DNA of 64,000 bases, taken from Amoeboaphelidium protococcarum X5 (Eukaryota > Fungi > Aphelidiomycota). The notes under the pieces were generated by a model. That model was not told where the DNA came from and searched no databases. It saw only the letters and a list, made by a program, of their open reading frames with translations. The translations under genes were made by a program, and so were the position numbers. How positions within the stretch are numbered: position 1 is the stretch's first letter; each line of letters starts with the position of its first letter. The stretch lies in assembly GCA_023515725.1 (NCBI GenBank), contig JALDTO010000179.1:266052-330051 (forward strand), written 5' to 3'. Below, in pieces: positions 26,342 to 39,064 of the stretch.

Positions 26342-29300
26342 ATGAATTTCGTTGGAAGTCTTGTGTCTACTGTTAGTGAGTTTTACAAAGACTTGAACCC
26401 TGCCACTTTATCGGGAGCCATAGACATTGTGGTTGTGGAGAGAGCTGATGGCACTCTGGCGTGTTCACCTTTCCATGTCAGATTCGGGAAGATGCAGTTA
26501 TTAAGACCCTTTGAAAAGAGCGTAATATTCTAATTTAATATGCCTGTTCACAAGTGCTGAATTTTTATTGTTATTTTGTTTATTGTAGGTGGAGATGAAA
26601 GTAAATGGCAGTGTGGTCGACATTCCCATGAAGTTGGGTGAAGGTGGAGAGGCGTTCTTTATAAAGGAGACTAATGATGAAGTTCCTGATGCGTATTAGA
26701 CATCGCCACTTGCCCTGACGCCATAGTAATTATCCTCTGGTCATGTGCCTCCATTGTCTGGCTTGGATAATTTGAAATTAGATCCTACGGCTCTGACTCG
26801 GTCTTCGTCTGACCAGCAATTGAATGTCGGCTTCGTGTCTCCTCTGGATGCCAAAAATTTTGATTTTGATAGTGAATAACTGAAGACTGCTGGATCATCT
26901 CGGCTTGGCTCTAATCCTGGCAATCTTAATGTTGGGCACAGTGTGATAAGAGAGCATCCTCTATCCGATTCTGAGGTTTTGATTGGCAGTAGTAGCAGTA
27001 ATAAGGATAGCATAGGTGTGGGATATAATGCTTCCGCGTAGTAATCGGCCATTCCAGCCAAGATGCACATGAGTGATACAGAGATGGATTATCTGGACCT
27101 CGGTGGTGGCGAAAAGTTGAATGCTCAGAATCCCTAATAGTTTACTCAATGGAAATGGGGATTGCTACCGTCCAATGAAAGCTAGTAATATTCCGAGGCA
27201 GTGCCATCTTCCAATGTTAAAATCGCGTCTAAAGCAAAGCCGGAGGATCGAAATTTGTAATCCAGTTAAGAATCTCAATAGGCGGAAAAGAAGCATCTTG
27301 AAGTTAGGAATACTTAAGTTGATAAGGTGGACCAGTTGATTTAAGACTTGCTTAGTGAAAATGAGCGAGGTGGATTAGAGATTTAGTTATCAATGTGCGG
27401 TAAGGCTTGTGCTGATCCTGAGCAATTCTCAAGCAAGTTGATATCTTTTAAGGATTTCAAATCTAATCCCCTGTCTATCTTGCAGGATGAAAACTTGGTT
27501 ATAAAGGTGAATGATGAGTACTTGACTTGGCATGTTCTAGGTCCTGCTCTGGTGTCCAAGCTCTTCTTCAAAGATCATCTGGACCCTGAAGTATTGTAGA
27601 CTCTAGCCCTTATTCCATCACTACTCACCCAAAAGTCTGAACTCGATGCATCTTCCTCAATGGCCACTGGTATTTAGACTGGCGGTAGACTAGAATAGAA
27701 GAGCACCGCTACAAAGAGCTGGTGGTGGTCATCCACTCGGGAAAAGTCTCCTGAAAGACGTGGCTAGATTTCTGATAAATCTACAATTGATGCTACTGAG
27801 TAGCCTCCGCTTTCAGCACCAGTAGGGATCAAAACTCAGGATATTTAGCTGAGTGATACGGCAACGATCAAAAGTCTTGATGCGTCATATAGATAGGGTG
27901 ATGGTTCCGCGATGAATTAAACAACTACTGCAATGTCTGCTCCTGCTTAGAGTAGGCCCCTATCAGCTCCTAATCTGGGTGAGGTGATTTAAGCTTAGTA
28001 GTATAAAGCCAAGTTCTTTAGCAAAACTCTGCGCTTGACGTCTGACCAATTACGATCTCTTAATCTTAACTATGGAGCTAATACTGTATCTTTTAGCGTC
28101 GCATCGTCTTATTCTGGAATCGCCACTTGTACTGCGCGAATATTTCTATGGAAGTATAATGTTTAGATTGTAGTATCAGATATTGACGGTACGATTACAA
28201 AATCTGATGCTCTTGGTCATCTGCTACCAATGCTTCGGATGGATTGGACTCATCCCGGTATTGCTAACCTCTATACTAGCGTTAAAAACAACGGATACGA
28301 GATTCTCTATTTGACTAGTCGAGCCATAGGTCAGGCTGATATCACTCGAGGCTATTTAAAGGGGATAGAGCAAGGATCTTATCAATTGCCAGACGGACCG
28401 GTGATTATGTCTCCTGATAGATTGATTGCGGCTCTGAAGCGAGAGGTTATTGATAGGAGGCCTGAAGAGTTCAAGATTGCCGTTCTCAAGGATATAAAAT
28501 CTCTTTTCAAGTCTAGAAATCCGTTCTATGCTGGCTTTGGTAACAGAGTCACGGATGCAATGTCCTATAGAGCTGTGGATATACCGACATACAGAATTTA
28601 TTCAATCAATAGTCAGGGAGAGATCAAGATGGACTTCTTTGTCGGCTACACGTCCAGTTATGTGAAGTTGAGAGATTTGGTGGATCACATATTTCCTCCG
28701 ATCAGATCCAAGATTCAGAGCATGTCAAAGTCCGCCAGTCTGGATGTCTTGCCTGGAACTCCTAAGAGCAACAGAAGTGCCAGAAGTAAACGATTGGCCG
28801 GACGCTAAGGTTCGAATGCATCAGCTCGTAAACCGTCTTCTATACGCACAGATGCCACCAGCCTGAGACCGATACAGGATTATGATATATTTGGTGAAGA
28901 GTCGGATGAAGCTGATCGTCCTTCTGATGACGGAGAAACTGAATATGAAGCGGGTGATCAAGAGAGTTCTGGATAATCAGTCGATGAAGATGATCTACAT
29001 TCATCTCAAGATTAGGCTAATGAGGCTCTGGAAGATTCAGATTCATTGGAAGCTATTGAAGACGGATATGATGATTTTGTGTACTGGAAGACTCCCTTGT
29101 TGAACGCTGTCGAGTTACCAGCTGAAGTAGTCAATGCATCTAAATCTAAAATACATGATGGTGGCCCCAATGCTCGAACTAGAAAAGAATCTACTTTAAT
29201 TTACACTAATCCTTTAAAAAAGTATTCTGAGTACTCATCTTCATCATCGTCTGAGGATGGTGAAGAAGGAGATGACGATTATGATGATGAAGTGTACGAT

Positions 29301-29375
29301 GAATAGTATGAAGGCGAAGATGAAGATGAGGCTAGTAGTTAGACTGGCTATGCTGCAAAAGGAATTGATAAATGA
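26342..29375 (+). CDS. PAH1: Lipin/phosphatidate phosphatase Pah1, 1 intron (about 26523-26588)
   Basis: N-LIP domain [23 protein letters not shown] motif [22 protein letters not shown]. Confidence 0.97.
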
Positions 29376-29462
29376 ACTGGATTGAGAAGCTAATGTGTAT
29401 ATGCACACTCTGTGATATTTTGGAATTCAATTTATTGATAAAATAAAGTCATAATCATCATT

Positions 29463-30366
29463 TCACTTCTTACGATCCTCTTGTTTAGTGAAGAATGAGG
29501 CCACACTCTTGAGACCTTTACTAGCCTTTTCCAACGACCTCATACCCAACGTCTTTTACTTCTACACATTTTAATATTTATGTAAGTCAATCCATATAAT
29601 TATAGATAGATACTAAATTATAGAAAGAACGTACCTTTGCTGACTTGTCCTTATCTCCGACAGAGCTAGATTGACTACTGTCGGCATTGCTATTTTACCG
29701 GCCATAATTGAAATAATTAATTTAAACTTTAGGTGCAATACCACAAGATTCCTTGATCTATAAACCATCTTTAACAAGACGCAACAAGTCCTCACCAACA
29801 TAATCTTGAAGCATTTCGAGAGCATACATCTTCAGCACATCACTATCACTTGCATCTAAGCCGACAGCTAAATTCTGCAACTATGTCTAATCCTCCGATA
29901 ATGATTACAAATACTTGACAATATTATCGACTTTCGAAGAGAGCCACGTAACAGCTTTATCCAAGTTGAAGCGATAGAATTCCTGGCCATCAAGATCTGA
30001 CACGTCAACCAAATGAGCTAGAAATTATAACGATAGTGCAGAATTTTACAATGATACGGCATCAATGAGCGCAGGTGGACATTCTGTATCGCCCAGTGAC
30101 ATGAATCTAGTCTTCGGGCAGTAGGGGAGTAATAAGAATAGAGGATCCACCTCGAACATTGTCAGAACCGCTCCATTAGATATGCAATAATCAGCAGGAG
30201 TAACCATAACTGACGTCTCATCACCAGCACCAACTTGCACCACTTGAAACCACTTTTCATAATCTGGACTATGCGCAAATACAGCGGGCTCTTTACAATC
30301 TCCAAGTAGACATTATATCACATTAAGTTTATCGCTTATATCTTCAGGTGTAACCAGAAGTCTCAT
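29463..30366 (-). CDS. RNASEH2B: Ribonuclease H2 subunit B, probably 1 intron near 29570-29634
   Basis: SNGAVLTMFEVDPLFLLLPY, FYRFNLDKAVTWL, and C-terminal PIP-like KGLKSVASFF. Confidence 0.75.
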
Positions 30367-30479
30367 TTTATTATAACCAATACTAATTTAGTGCGCCAAA
30401 GAGAGTAGATACTAGTACAGTACAGTCCAAAGAGGTCAAATGTGTATTGGAAAAAGTAATGGAAGATTGAACGATGAAG

Positions 30480-30520
30480 AAGACGCGACAATTGAACGCG
30501 TTCTGAAAGTGAAACAGCTA
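30480..30520. promoter_or_regulatory. RNASEH2B promoter with ACGCGA, ACGCGT (MCB) and TGAAACA
   Basis: acgcga 30483, acgcgt 30496, tgaaaca 30510. Confidence 0.45.
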
Positions 30521-30620
30521 TCATATGGTCTCGATAGACTGAATAAATAGAATGCGATCAGAGTGTACACTTTATTGTATTTTAATAAATTTCCGCGTAG
30601 TTAATAACATTAATACAATC

Positions 30621-30776
30621 ATGTAAAGTGAGGAAGAGTAGGCTCAACGCCCTAGTCCAATATTAACCTTTCATCAGCATATTCCACCACAGGATAAAAC
30701 GAACCTGCGTGATCAAGTACAGTATTGTATAAGGGATTCGTATTAAACACACTCTTCAACTAATGGTCAAGAATGA
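30621..30776 (+). CDS. Putative small protein of about 51 aa, possibly spliced
   Basis: ATG after an A-rich leader and a CGCG/TGAAAC-bearing promoter. MQSEEEQAQRPSPILTFHQHIPPQDK. No homology recognised. Confidence 0.3.
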
Positions 30777-31099
30777 TTCACCATATATTGGAAGCGCCTC
30801 TTCTGAATTACCATTTTTATTAGTCTGACTGACTGACTGATGGAATGAATGTGATATGAAACAGTCCACCCCTCAATAAAACCTTTTGACGCGAAACTGG
30901 GCTGGATTGTTTTCAGCGTTTGAAACATTTCTCTCCTTAAACTGTCGCCTTGTCGTCCAGTTTGAAGCTTTCTTCTTTTCCAATTTCGATCGATTCAACG
31001 AAAGCTAATATTTAAACAGCTTTTTTTAAAATTAAGCTTTATCTCATCATTCTCATTTACTAAAGTTTTTTACTATTCTGTCAAGACATTAGTAGTGAA

Positions 31100-32848
31100 A
31101 TGAATAATCTCTTGAACAATTTGCCGTGGGATGTCAAGTCCACCATTACCAAAGTTAAGAATGCAGTTATGAATTACACTGAGATGGAGGCCAAGGTTCT
31201 GGAGGCCACTAATAATGACCCATGGGGAGCATCTTCCACCCTGTTGTTGGAAATTAGTCGTGGAACATCTAGCTATTAGTACTTTAATGAGATCATGCCT
31301 ATGGTGTACAAGAGGATCCATGAGCCTTAGTAGAATGGTACACCTTAGAAGTGGAGACAGGTTTACAAGAGTTTGCAGCTGATTGATTTCCTGCTGAAGA
31401 ATGGCGATAGACGGGTAATTGATAGCGTGCGTGATCACTGCTATGACTTTAAGGCTCTATCTTAGTCATTCAAGTTTGTGGATGAGAAGGGCAAGGATCA
31501 AGGTATCAATGTGCGTCATCGTGCCAAGGAGATTGTTGAGCTGGTGAATGACACTGAGCGATTGAGTATGGAGAGGGACAAGGCGGCTGCGAATAGGAAT
31601 AAGTACACTGGTGTGGCTGCAGATGAAGTTCGCTCAGGCAGTGGGGGATTCGGTTCAGCTTCAGGAGGTAGTAGATATGGTGGGTTTGGTAGTGACACTT
31701 ATCGCCCATCGACCGGTGTGGCTGAATATGATTCACCAGCATAGGGTGGGAGTTCATCTTATGGAGGTGTTGGTGGCTCTTATGGTAACGATTCTAGTAG
31801 TCGTAAGCAGTCAGATCCAAAGCCGTCCATTCCTATCCCACAAATGTCAAATAATCAATCACAGAGTTATAGCAACCAACCGCAGGTGTCTTCCGAAAGT
31901 GCCGTTGGAGTTTCTTCCAAGTAGCAGCAGTAATAGTAGTAGTAATAATAGTAGACTGTCAATTTACTTGATTTGGATTTTGGTAGTGCCACTTCGTCTG
32001 CTCCTCAATAGTATAATCAGCAAGCGAATAGTACTTTTGGGAATTCAGGCTTGGTACAGTAGACTAGTCGCTCAGTTGTATCCCCTTAAGGTAGTGGAGG
32101 CTTTAACACCCAGCCGGTCAATTAGAGCTTCTCTTAACCATAATTGAATGCTGGATAGTTTTAAAATTTTGGACAACCATAACAGTAGTAGTAGAAGTAG
32201 TAATGGAATGGTACCAGCTCGATCATGTCTTAAAGTTCTTAATCGAGTGGCGGTCTATCTTAGCCGGCCAATGGTGGCATGAGTGGTACAAATCAGATGC
32301 AGATTAATCCCAATGCATCTTCCTCCAACGGTTTTGAGGGCTTTGGAAGTGGATTTATGTAACCACCGAGAGTCACCTCCCCAATGTCTCAGACTTCTTC
32401 TGTTGGAGGTATGGGTTTGGCATCTCAGCCAGCCGCACCCATGTAAACTCAGTCTAGCTTCTCTGGAAATGGCTAGAAAAATTCATTTTCCGCCCCTCCA
32501 GTGATGCCAGTGGCTTCCAACAATGGACTTATGATGGCTGCACAACCATAAAACTCCACTAGTGCCACCCGTCAGCCTTAACAGTAGTAGAATTCCAGTT
32601 TTAATTTGAAGCCGAACGATGTGTGGAATACTAATTTGGTGTCTCTTGACTCACTGGGAAAGTAGAGCAGTTCTCCGTAGACTGGACCTGCGTTGAATGA
32701 GCTGGCTGCATAGAAATAACAAGGTTAGTCGTAGTAGTAGATGTAGTCGTCTTTTGGGTAATTTGGAGGTGCCTTTGGTGGACCGAGCTCAAGTGCTCAG
32801 AATCCTCCATAGAAGAATCAGAATAATTTTGATGATTTGCTGCTATGA
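31100..32848 (+). CDS. ENT3: ENTH-domain epsin-related protein (Ent3/epsinR)
   Basis: KVKNAVMNYTEMEAKVLEATNNDPWGAS, WRQVYKSLQL, GKDQGINVR. Gln-rich tail, LLDLDF clathrin-box-like motif, C-terminal NFDDLLL. Confidence 0.92.
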
Positions 32849-32960
32849 GCTGCTAGGCATGAGTGAAAAGTGCAAATTACTTGGTGATGTGAAGTGGATT
32901 ACATTTATTTTTTGGGATATTATTTCATGTAAGTGGTCGTGGTGTATTTTACAATCTTGT

Positions 32961-34887
32961 TCAACATCCAGATGACTGCTATTGATAGAGTCGAGATGAG
33001 TATGGTTAAAGTTGCTCTGTAGACGCGCCTGAAATCTTCATAAAATCGACAACTTTAGCCAGAGCTTCCATCAGATCACCGGCCGGATACTCAACTTCTT
33101 CCCCTGTGCGTTTAGCCACAGCTTCGCTCTCTAAAATTGAGTCCACCAGCAGTTTCCAATACTTTACAGCTAAATCTTTCTTATTGAGCTATTCGTACAG
33201 TTGAGCAATCTTGGACATTGCCATAAATTCTTGAGATGACAAACTTTCATCCTGTATCGTGGTTTCAGTGCCCAGAGCACCATGAAATATTTCATCTGAT
33301 GGATCAATCATGATCTATTTCATGGTTGAATGGCAGCTCAATGATTTCTTATAGCTTTTCACAGCGTCATCGTATTGATTAGTAACTTCGTAGATATTGG
33401 CCAGAGCAATCCACAATCTTCCGTCATGTGGTCGCAATTTGACAGCCTTCTAAAAGTAATAGATAGAATATACTGGCATCTGTAACATCTCGTACGCTTA
33501 TCCAAGACCGTACCAAGCGCGATAGTCTGATGGACAAATCTGAATCGCTTTCTGGTACGAGTCCAACGCTGCATCAGTATTCCTAGCCTCGATGTACTCA
33601 TGTCCCATTAAAGTATAAGCCGAGGCAGCCTGAAGATCAATAGCTGAACGGTATTAGTTATCAGCTCCGAACAATTTCACAGCTCGATCAAACATCAAAA
33701 TTGCATTGGCGCTGAGTCCTTTCATACTAAAGTAATTACCCAGTACAAAGCATGTCTCAGGCCTTAAACTCTACGGGTCTACATTCTTCACAAGGTGATG
33801 GGCAAGTGTGGACAATGCTGCACTATCATCTTGAACAAAGAGGACGTTAGAGTATGTTTGGGTGATCTCGACGTTGTACGGATCGCTAACCATCAACTCT
33901 CTGAATATTTCACTGGCACTCTCAAAATCTCGCAAGTGATACATGATACTTGCCCTTTTACTTTCAAGCCACTGCGATTGAGGGAACAACTTTTGCAAAT
34001 CAGACAGCATCAATTAAACTTAGTCAACCGAGCCGACTGAAGCAGATTATCCAGGTGAAGGCCCAATCTCTGAAGCGACTTGTACAACAAACGAGATTTT
34101 GTTTACATGCTCCGGCAATTCGCCAATAACACTCTCCACCTACATGCAAATGAGTTAGTTGTGATCATAGAGAACGCCTGTTATAAACATACAATTTTCC
34201 AGTCTTGCATAAACTTGGCCAGCTCAAACCAAGATCCCGAGAACGTTGAATTCATCTATATTGATTTAACGAATGACTCTTTAGCTTTTTAACTCAAAGA
34301 TACACGTGCATAAACAAGGCCTTGAAGATAATACAGATAGCAGTCAGCATGTTTAGAGAGGAGAGTCTTGATTTAATCCAGCAAGGACATGAACTGATTA
34401 GATTGCAAACGATTTCTTTAATACTAACTGGTATCACTAGACTTTGATTATTCAACCTCCCCATTAACGATATCCAGCGAAATTTCCTAGCCAATAATAT
34501 GAAAATACTCGGCATACAGGGCAATAAACTTTATGAAGGATGGTAAGTTGTTATCATTCAAGTTGACACTATTATAACAACGCTTGTAATCTTTCAAATC
34601 AAAATACGACTTGCAGAGTAGATACTTTTGAATGTAACCACCAGCTAGTACCATTTAATTCATTGAATGGCTACTAATCTACTCCCCTACGATTTCTTGA
34701 CTTGTTTACATACTATTTACCAGTTCTGAACTCCTACATTAGAATCAATTCCTTTTCAACTCAGTTAATAAAACACATATAGCTAGTGATCATACCAACA
34801 TGATGCATAGTATAAGCCACGAGATTGGCATTAAAATGCTTCGGCAATAAAAGATTTCACAACCTGAGATTATTGTATTTTCACCAT
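32961..34887 (-). CDS. CDC23: APC/C subunit Cdc23/Apc8 (TPR), intron at about 34734-34795
   Basis: RGLY...[46 protein letters not shown] (Q encoded by TAA). Confidence 0.93.
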
Positions 34888-35039
34888 TACACACACACGC
34901 CCTCTCACACAGAGTAAGATAAAACTGAATTATACTATGGTGCTAAGGAATAAAGTACGGTAAATGAAAGCAAGATAGAGAGAGAGAGAAAGAGATGAAT
35001 GTGAAACCAACGTTTTAGAGAATCAGTGAAGAAAAGGCG

Positions 35040-35100
35040 GTCTTGCGCTGAAACAATGCTGAAGACGCGACGCGACAAACTGTTTCAGCTCGTCCTTCTC
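35040..35100. promoter_or_regulatory. Divergent CDC23/SMC2 promoter with tandem ACGCGA (MCB/SCB-like) and TGAAAC motifs
   Basis: tgaaaca 35049, acgcgacgcga 35065-35075, gtttca 35082. The same motif pair recurs upstream of other genes. Confidence 0.5.
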
Positions 35101-35273
35101 TTTCTCTCTTCGTCCTTCTCCTTACATGCTCTAGTTATATGGTATATATTAGGCCATACTACTCTATAATTAGAATTTGTGTTTGTCTATTTATTGCATA
35201 GTCTTCTTCATTAGTCTGTCTGAGTTGTATAGTATTTAAGGAATTATTGTTTTGAAGAGTTTATCCAGTTGAA

Positions 35274-38200
35274 ATGTACGTTGAGGAGATTATCATTGAT
35301 GGCTTCAAGTCGTATGCTGTGAGAACTACGCTGAAAGATTTTTCTCCCCATTTTAATGCCATCACTGGATTGAATGGTAGTGGCAAGTCTAATGTTCTGG
35401 ATGCTATTTGCTTTGTATTGGGATTGAGTTCGTCTAATCTGCAGCAGGTCAGAGCCTAGTCTTTGAATGATTTGGTGTACAAGAAGGGATAGGCTGGTGT
35501 GGTTCGCGCCAGTGTCAGCATAGTGTTCAAGAATGATAATAAAGACTAGAGTCCTGTGGGATTTGAGAAATGCGACAAGATTACCGTGACCAGATAGATT
35601 GTCATCGGTGGAAAGAATAAGTATATGGTGAATGGAAGTCAGGCTCATTAGAACACTGTATAGAACTTGTTTCAGTCCGTTTAGTTGAACATTAATAATC
35701 CTCACTTTCTCATTATGCAGGGTAGAATTACCAAGGTGCTGAATATGAAGCCTGTAGAGATTCTGAGCCTGATTGAGGAGGCTGCCGGCACCAGGATGTT
35801 TGAAGAGAAGAAGGAGAAGGCATTGAAGACCATTGAGAAGAAGGAGGCCAAGGTTGTCGAGATTAATGAGCTAATGGACAAGGACATTGCTCCAAAGTTG
35901 GACAAGCTGAAGAAGGAGAAGCAGGATTTTTTGAATTTCCAAAAGATTGAGAGTGAGGTTGAACGACTGAGGAGACTTTTGATTGCTTTTGATTTCTATC
36001 AAGCTGATGGTTAGCAAAAGTAATTGACCGAGTAAATAAGTGAAATAAATGATCAACTCTAATAGTATAAGAGTAAAGAGGAGGATTTGGAAGGAGATAT
36101 AAAGTTTGCGCAAGAGAGTATTTAGGAACTGAACTAGCGCAAAGATTAAGAATTGAAGAAGAGCAGTAAATTCAAGGCTTTGTAGGAGACTGTTGCATCT
36201 CTATCAAGTCAATTGACTAGATTATCTGCACAGAAAGATATTGTTTTTAAGTCTATAAAGGATGAGGAGAAGAGTATTGCTGAGTTGATTAAGGCGACTG
36301 ATGCTGGTGAGAAGCAATTAGCTGCTATGGAGAGTAGAGTGATGCAAAGTAAGACTGCACTTGCTTCTGATCAGGATTCTCTGGATGGTGACATTGCAGC
36401 AGTCAAGAAGTAGGAAAATCTCCTGTAGACTCTAACGACAGGAGTAGCTGATTCTGAAGGCTAAGATAATGGGTATGCTGACTAGTTAAATCAGTTAAAG
36501 GTGGGCAAATCTAAGGTTATGGTTGAGGTTGAAGATTGTAAGTAGCGTTTGTAGTATCAAAATAGTCAGCTGGCTACTAAAAAGCCATAGGCAAAGGAGG
36601 CTGAAAAGGCTAACAAGTCTTAGTTGAAGTAGTTGGAAACTCTTAAAGCCGAGCTGAGTAAATTGGAGGCTGAGAGATAGAAAAGTGTTATTGATGAGTC
36701 TTTGGGATAAGATTTGAAGAGCAGAAAGTAGGAAAAGATTCATGAAATCAGAAAGCTGCAGTAGGAGATTGACAATTTATCTGGACAATTGGCCAACTTT
36801 GATTTCAAGTATGCCGACCCTCATTCCAACTTTGATCGAAAGAAGGTGCGCGGTCTCGTTGGACAATTGATTAAATTGTAGAAGGAGAACCTGGAGTTTT
36901 GTACAGCTTTACAAATTTGCGCTGAGGGACGGTTGTACTTTGTCGTTGTTGAAGACAACAAGGTGGCTAGTGACTTATTGAAGAATGGTAAGTTGCAAAA
37001 GAAGCACACCTTTATTCCTCTGAAGTAGATAGTTCCACCAAATATTGCTCCAGAAAGAGTTTAAAGAAGTAAATAGTTAGCTCCCGGTAAGGTTGAATCG
37101 GCTTTGGATCTTTTGCATTTTCAGAAGGATGTTGAGCCTGCTATGAAGTTTGTCTTTGGTGGTACTTTGGTTTGTAAAGACGCAGAGGCTGCTAAATTGG
37201 TCACTTACGACTCCAAGGTCAGACTGCGTACCATCACTGTTGACGGTGATGTCTATGAACCTGGAGCTACTATTACAGGCGGTAGTTCTCCGTCAAGTAA
37301 TAATATTTTAGAGAAGCTGTATCTATTGTCCGCTGCTCAGGATCAATTGGACAAGGTCAAGTTTGAGCTCAAGGATATTAACGACCAGATTGAGTAATTC
37401 TAATAGAAACTGGACTTGTTTAACGGCTTGGATTCTACATGTAAGAGAAAGCAGAATGAATTGAAAAATTTGGACGATTTGATAAAGTCTAGTACTGCTG
37501 GCAGGCTCATCTCGGAAGTTTTAGAGTTGGAGTAGAACACTTAGACTTTAAAGGACTAACTAGCTATTGCTGAAAGTAAAGTTGGTGAACTTGATAAATA
37601 GATCAAGTCTGTTGAGCTGGAAATGAGAGAATTCGATTCTAACAGAGATGGATAGTTGAAGAAGATTGAGAAGACCTTAACATCCGCTAAGAAGGCTTTG
37701 GTCAAGAAGCAGGCGGATTTTAAGCTAAAGAAGACTGAACATGATTCATTGCTTGCCGAGTTTGAATAGATGATGTAGGACAGGAATGAGTCTATGCAGT
37801 CTTTGGAAGAGATGAAGACTTCTCTGGCTAGTTAAGAGTCGGAATTGAAAAAGATGATCTCCGAAATTGAAGCACTAAAGACTGATTATGACACTCACAA
37901 CAAGGAATTGCAGAAGTAATCTAAAGTGTTCTTATAGTTTGACAAAGATATTGCGGCCATGTAAGCGGAAGTGAAGTAGAAGCAGAGTATGATTCAAGAA
38001 CTGCATTTGAATTCAAAGAAGCATAACATTGACCTCGGTAACGCACAGAAGACTTTGGCTGATGCTCAAAATCTCTGCGTCGTTATTGAAAAAGAGCACG
38101 AGTGGGTGGCCGATTAGAAGGGCAACTTTGGTAAACCAAATACTGCATTTGACTTCAGTCGTATGGACGCGAGTGATTGTTCAAAGAAGCTCACCAAATT

Positions 38201-38987
38201 GTAGGCTGAGTATGAAGTTTTGCGAAAGAAGATCAATGTCAAAGTCATGAACATGATCGACCGTGTGGTGTAGAAGGAGCAGTCCCTCAAGCAGATGCTG
38301 GCCACTGTCCGCAAGGACAAGGAGAAAATTGAAGAGACAATTCAGTAGCTTGACCATTACAAGAGAGAGGCTCTGCAAAGAACTTGGCAGAAAGTTAATG
38401 GAGATTTTGGCGCCATTTTTAACGATCTTTTACCTGGCAACACTGCAAAGCTGGATCCTGTCGAGGGCCAGACCATTTACGATGGTCTTGAGGTGAAGGT
38501 GCGACTGGGTAAAGTGTGGAAGTAGAGTCTTACTGAACTCAGCGGTGGCTAGAGATCTCTTGTCGCTCTTTCATTGATTCTGTCATTGTTGTAGTTCAAA
38601 CCAGCTCCAATGTACATTCTTGATGAAATTGATGCTGCCCTGGATTTGTCACACACGCAGAATATTGGACATCTATTCAAGAACAGGTTTAAAGGCTCTC
38701 AATTTATTGTAGTCTCTCTGAAAGAAGGGATGTTTAATAATGCAGACGTGCTGTTTCGCGCCAGATTCCGTGATGGAACTTCTGTTGTCGAACGCTTCAC
38801 TTAGCAAACAGTCACCGGCTCTGAAATACCCGTCGCGTCATCATCGGGTAGTAGAAAAGCAGCTACATCTAAATCTTCAAAGAAGAATGGTGGCGGTGGT
38901 GGTGATGATGACGAAGAAGAAGAGTACTCCGAGTAGAATGAAAATGCAGTTAATTCGAAGCAGCAAAAGAAGACTCGACGTGGATGA
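35274..38987 (+). CDS. SMC2: Condensin subunit SMC2
   Basis: [42 protein letters not shown], hinge, [23 protein letters not shown]. Conserved Gln residues are encoded by TAG. Confidence 0.98.
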
Positions 38988-39064
38988 AATTATCGTTTGA
39001 ACTGAAAAGTTGAAATTTACCGCGTGTGTCTTGTATAGTTTTTCCGTCTTTTATTTATCAGGGA

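Noticed and set aside
6686-38987. Mass pseudogenisation suggested by frequent in-frame TAA/TAG
   Set aside because: The genes are essential and motif-intact, lack frameshifts and internal TGA, and have TAR at Gln positions. This is codon reassignment.
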